The notes beneath the pieces are model-generated. The model made no database searches. It had not been told where the DNA came from and was given only the letters and a program-made list of their open reading frames with translations. A DNA stretch of 64,000 nt from Azolla caroliniana. Its lineage: Eukaryota > Plantae > Polypodiophyta. Position 1 is the stretch's first letter. Every line of letters starts with the position of its first letter. Below, one piece after another: positions 62,180 to 64,000 of this stretch. Made by a program: the position numbers and the translations under genes. The DNA lies in contig JBHGNT010000010.1 in the NCBI GenBank assembly GCA_043228905.1, positions 17,112,001 through 17,176,000 of the forward strand. Reading direction: 5' to 3'.

Positions 62180-63880
62180 TAAGAAACCATGCAACTCGGG
62201 CCAAGGTGGCATGGCATGTTCTCACATAACCCAAGTCAAGAGGAGGGATGGGTCGATTGATCTCGTCTCTCAGTCCAAAGCACTACTCACCAAATTTGTG
62301 GTGCAAGGACTCCGACCAAGGCATGACTGTTGGAAAATATTACTATGACTACACTTCGCTTGCTTTAAGGCACGGACAAGGGCTAAGTGGGCCCCTTAGA
62401 CATGATGGATTTCAAACCAAGGTTCTCACGCCAATTGGAGAATAGATTCAATGCATCCTTGTGAAAGGCGTGGTGTGACATAAGATGAGGGCTCAAGTGC
62501 GATCAACCTAACTTTAAACCTACTTGAGTCAATCAATGCATCATGTGAAACCCATGTATCTGAGATGAATCTGGTAAACTAATTGGATCAAGTAAGGGTT
62601 TGTCATGGGGAAGCATTGTAGAAGGTCTAGGAAAGAGTATAGTATGTTGGAGGCAGTTTATGTCACTGTCACTACAAGATCAAGCCAACATACTCCATGG
62701 AATCAAGGGCGGATGGACTATGAGATCTGAAATTATGAACGCTCTATTGCTTTGGGAAGTTGCTAATCCAAGGACAATAATGGAGAAGTGGATAGGCAAT
62801 GAGGAGGATGGTTCTTTGTTTCCAAGAGGTAGGGAAACACTAGATATCCAAGGCCATGAACTGCAAGACAATGAGGCACCAACAACAAAGAACATGAAAA
62901 TTCGAGAGCTTGCATATATAGGTCATAAGTGGATTATAGATCCAGATTCGATCAAAGTACAACCGGAATGGCACGTATGTGTTTATGAGCACACATGGCT
63001 ACGTAAAGTTAGTTGGAACCCTTTGCGATGGGCATGGTGCCATCCTGATGCGGGACAATGAAGCAAAGTGACCCCCTTCTTCAAATTCACGGTCACTAGA
63101 TTGGGTCGTCACATCTTAGTTGCTCAAACCTATAGAGAACTAATTGCTACAAAGATATGGCACACATACTATGTTCCCCATACAACTATTGTAACCATGT
63201 TTTGGCAGCAATTATGGAAACAACAACACGCTCGGTGAATTGCCACATTCTAATGACTATTAATATATAGGTCACTACCAGTTGGAGCGTGACAACGTGG
63301 AATTCTTAGCTCTTGTAATTGTATAGTGTGCCCCAATGCAACAGATTCAATCTGACACGCTCGGTGGGATTGCCCAGAGACCCAATGTTGAATATCACGA
63401 CGGGGAGTTGGTCACCTATTGCAATTATGTCAAGTGCAAGGCACAATCAAGTGGGGGGATGTATGTTGGTTATCATGGCAGACCCCAGTTGACAGATACA
63501 AACATCAAGAAGAGGGGATGACATTGGTGATAAAGACACAAGTGATCTCGTTCTCCATCACCAACCACTCAACTCTCATTAATGCCAACGCTCAAGTTGT
63601 GTTGGAATTGGTCAACCCAATAACACTTTGGATTCTCTAGAAACAGTGGTGTAGGTTGGTCTTCTTCAATCAAACCATCCATCAGGGGATGTTACTACAG
63701 TAAAAGATATGGAGTGAAGTTGGAGCCACAATAAAGAGCCAATACAAGGCCATCATGGGTAGAACCAATGGAGCCGAAAGAGAATGATTAGCATTCATTC
63801 AACAATGGTCCTCCTCTCCCTTTCTTGAGTCAGTGGGCCTCCACCTACGATGGAACTATCACATTCTTATTGGGATTTGT
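62180..63880 (+). mobile_element. Decayed L1-type LINE ORF2 3' remnant (post-RT region and zf-RVT-like region)
   Basis: Fragments IDLVSQSKALLTKFVVQGL...WKILL and WQQLWK...LLIYRSLPVG...CIVCP...H..WDCP, typical of the plant L1 ORF2 C-terminus; many stops and frameshifts. Confidence 0.55.
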
Positions 63881-64000
63881 ACATAACGTTCTCATCTATA
63901 AAATTTTATAGCTAATGGAAGGAGTTTTTTTATTTGAAAGAAAAAACAAAGTTTGTAGAATCAAAATTTGAGAGATACATAAAACAATGATCATGGCAAA

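Overview
Eukaryotic genomic DNA, most likely from a non-seed land plant (bryophyte, lycophyte or fern). This is inferred from spliceosomal introns, a plant-type EYA gene, and Tcn1-like and Phygy-like retroelements. Two intact host genes converge at the left end: a TBC-domain Rab-GAP (+, about 5.8-8.2 kb) and an Eyes-absent-type HAD phosphatase (-, 13.7-16.4 kb). The putative 5' leader of the Rab-GAP gene is an 8-copy array of a 172-bp unit. Each unit looks like a 66-nt ATG-free exon plus a 106-nt intron carrying a short uORF. From 17.4 to 56.7 kb lies a deeply nested LTR-retrotransposon island: six copies (A, B, E, F, G, H) of one tRNA-Trp-primed Ty3/gypsy family, a self-priming chromodomain (Tcn1/Tf1-type) element, a truncated Copia and a solo LTR. 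The Trp-primed family has 4-bp CpG-centred target sites, divergent and mosaic LTRs around a conserved body, covarying cis hairpins, a GGAUUUU-UAG -1 frameshift cassette between gag-protease and RT, and non-canonical DHG and FLDD motifs. One copy has two different LTRs yet a perfect TSD. Another is a recombinant that deleted several kb. The last 7 kb is AT-rich with decayed LINE remnants. All coordinates were read by eye and no searches were run.
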